From Tubiluchus corallicola (lineage: Eukaryota > Animalia > Priapulida), in NCBI GenBank assembly GCA_030141605.1, contig JAQGDQ010000611.1:1-64000 (forward strand): a stretch of 64,000 nt of DNA, in the 5' to 3' direction. The notes below the pieces were generated by a model that was given only the letters and a program-made list of their open reading frames with translations, did no database searches and had not been told where the DNA came from. Each line of letters opens with the position of its first letter. The stretch's first letter is position 1. This document shows positions 61,372 to 64,000 of this stretch, one piece after another. Position numbers and translations under genes: made by a program.

Positions 61372-61638
61372 AGTAGATCATTAAGCTCTGGTTAAAGTTT
61401 TTTTTATTAGACGTATACCACCTTAACAACAATTCTATTTCCACATCACCAATAAGTATTCGTTATTTATCCCAGTTTTAGCATTATATCGGATTTAAGA
61501 TCATTAAGATCATTGTAGATCATTAAGCTCTGGTTGAAGTTTTTTTATTAGACGTATACCACCTTAACAACAATTCTATTTCTACATCACCAATAAGTAT
61601 ACGTTATTTATCCCCATTTTAGCATTATATCGAATTTA
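61372..61638. repeat. Tandem duplication of about 125 bp
   Basis: 61372-61497 repeated at 61516-61638 with AGATCATT fragments at the junction. Confidence 0.9.
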
Positions 61639-62159
61639 TCTATTCATTGGGAGGGAAAGGCTGTTTCTACGTTAAACAATTGACTAATTTTGGCATTTTG
61701 CGTAAATTACGGACTTAATTTTAACTCACCAAAAGCTGCTTCGCCATGTCCAAACATTACGCCATTAAGCAACTGAAGCCAGTGACGTCATGCCTAATGA
61801 TATGTGAAAACGCTTGTCAATGACGTCTTGGCGATCGGTAGGTGACGCCAATGTAAAGGAGACTCTAACGAACTAGGAAAACAAAACTCAAAAGCAAACT
61901 GTAATAAAGTCCATTGCTACCGTAAGTCTTAGTGTCCATTTTCAATTACGGATGGTGATGACGTCATAAGCCACGGAAGCAAGTAAAAGTCACGGAATGG
62001 TTTTTATTTGCAAGATCACTTAAAAACAGAAGCTGTTAACTGTAGTTTCAATAAGCAGAGTGTAAGAAGATAATGGGAAAGCAGGAAAAGTACTTAGTGA
62101 GTAAATTATCAATGCAGTTGAGAACTGCTGGGTCATATTATGTCACAGCTGCGTGGCAC

Positions 62160-62199
62160 TAGTTAGTTAGTTAGTTGTTTGGTTGGTTGGTTGACTAGC

Positions 62200-62239
<40 letters not shown>

Positions 62240-62380
62240 CAGTCAGTCAGTCAGTCAGTCAGTCAGTCAGTCAGTCAGTCAGTCAGTCAGTCAGTCAGTC
62301 AGTCAGTCAGTCAGTCAGTCAGTTAGTTAGTTAGTTAGTTACTTATTTACTTACTTACTTACTTACTTGCTTGCTTGCTT
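62160..62380. repeat. Compound tetranucleotide microsatellite (TTAG)(TCAG)(TTAC)(TTGC)
   Basis: Direct reading. Confidence 0.95.
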
Positions 62381-63528
62381 GAAAAAACATAAAGTGCAAA
62401 AAGACGTTATCAAAATGACACATCAAGAATAACAAAGATAAAATAAAAGCAAAGCTTGGCGAGAAGAACAAATGCACAGCCATTTTGTTATACATGCAAG
62501 GTCAGTTTTTCCAGGCAACGACTTGGCCATAGTTCAGACCTCAATAAATTTGGTCTTTTTAACTTGTTCCTGGGGAATTTCCCTTCTCGTGAGAAACAAA
62601 TTTTTGCAAAAAATGAGCTTAGAATTAAACTTTTGGCTTATGTACAACCAGCAGAGGTATGACCTCCTTGGTGAACACATTCGTAGCAAGCCTTGTTTAA
62701 ACAAGTGAGCATTGTTTAGAAAACAAAGAGCCGTCTCTTATCTCTGTGTGTGTTAGCGTTATTCTTCAAAAAACGAAGCTGCTCTTACCAGTAAATACCA
62801 GGAAACGAATCTTCTGGTTAAAAATATTCCACACGTATGGTTTATAAACAATCGTTGTAGTACAAGGTTGAAACTGGTGAGGCTGGAGTTAAATGTTGTC
62901 TGAAGAGTTCAAAGTTCTAACTTAATTTTCAATTGAAAGCATCCTTTCAGAAGATATTTGGATCAGTAAAAATATCTAAAAATAGATAAACGTGTCGCAG
63001 CTACAATGGCAGACGTGTACACGAAAAGAACAAAAATCAGCTCTTTTCTCTAATCAGCTGGCTATTAATGATATTATTAATTAATTAGATTAAGACTGGA
63101 TTTGAACCCGAGACCTGGGATTAGTACTCCCAGGCTCTGTCAGCGAACGTGGCAGGCCACTTTTCAGCGTCTCCTGTCTTTCTCCAACTCAATGGGTAAT
63201 GATTGTTAAAAATAAACGGCAATATAATATATATTCATCCACAAATTTTATTTACCCACGTCCATTTTAGATTATATGTATATATTGTATATAGTCTATT
63301 ATGATTTCTCGTTTAACATTATAATGTATATTTTGTTTTAAATTTTTGGCACAGTAGTTTTTAGTTTCCACTGGACGCATTTGCCTTTAACAGTTGTGTG
63401 AATTTTATTCTCATGCTGCGATGTTCTTTTATGCTTTTATAGTTATGAATATCGATTTTTTATGGCAAATAAAGATTATATATATATATATATATATATA
63501 TATAATGGTTTATAAAAATTCTGCCAAC

Positions 63529-63862
63529 CACAGTCATAGTGTAACTAATTAATGATATCATTAGTTGCCAGCTAATTAGAGAAAAGAGTGTTACCATAAG
63601 TATACCCCTACTGTCATGGGTACAGGTGGCGCTGTTGGATTGTGTGCTGCAACGAAAAAATCTCAGGCCTCGTCTGTCATGTTGACTGGTAGCGCACTAC
63701 TAATCCCAGGTCTCTGGTTCAAATCCCGACTAATCCATAATTTTTCAGCGTCTCATGCTTTCTCTTTCTAACTCATTACCCCCAAGGGGTAATAATTATT
63801 AAAAATAAACCGCAAAGGTCTAGAAACATTGGGGCAATCACAGTCATAATTTAATTAATTAA
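63529..63862 (+). mobile_element. tRNA-derived SINE-like repeat; rearranged second copy at about 63040-63222
   Basis: B-box GGTTCAAATCC at 63716 (inverse at 63098), shared tail TTTTCAGCGTCTC...AAAAATAAAC, flanking direct repeat CACAGTCATAxTxTAAxTAATTAA. Confidence 0.5.
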
Positions 63863-64000
63863 GGAACCAAAATCATTTCGCAACTACCAGGTATTTGTAA
63901 CAACATTTGCTTTCCAAATTTCTCGTAATCAGACGAAAATCGAAGAATGATTTCACTTTCAAAATCTTCAAGGACAAAAATAAGAAAAAAACGGTTTTCT

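Noticed and set aside
61725-61970. MAKQLL|GTGAGT mini-exon with nearby TGACGTCA (CRE) sites
   Set aside because: No downstream exons identified, and TGACGTCA also occurs inside repeats elsewhere in the window.

Overview
AT-rich, repeat-dense animal genomic DNA. The nAChR N-terminus and the neuropeptide suggest a protostome invertebrate; the species cannot be determined from the sequence. Three spliced genes were reconstructed by hand, all on the minus strand. (1) A signal-peptide, multi-EGF-repeat gene (exons 15355 down to 1918, running off the left edge), with a recently amplified exon array and an intron that appears to hold the terminus of a Polinton/Maverick-type element. (2) A complete 6-exon, 472-aa nicotinic acetylcholine receptor alpha subunit (27372-16890). 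(3) A 2-coding-exon, 91-aa sulfakinin/CCK-type neuropeptide precursor (38456-35552) that the ORF track misses, encoding two atypical predicted amidated peptides (FGSLDYGYSRFa, GELYNDYDFLGMRYa). The rest is LINE fragments, hAT/Tc1-pogo/Harbinger/Kolobok-like MITEs, a Penelope-like remnant with two hammerhead ribozyme motifs, two long palindromes, and many mini- and microsatellites, several built from or resembling splice sites. No database search was run; family assignments rest on recognised motifs and hand-counted coordinates.
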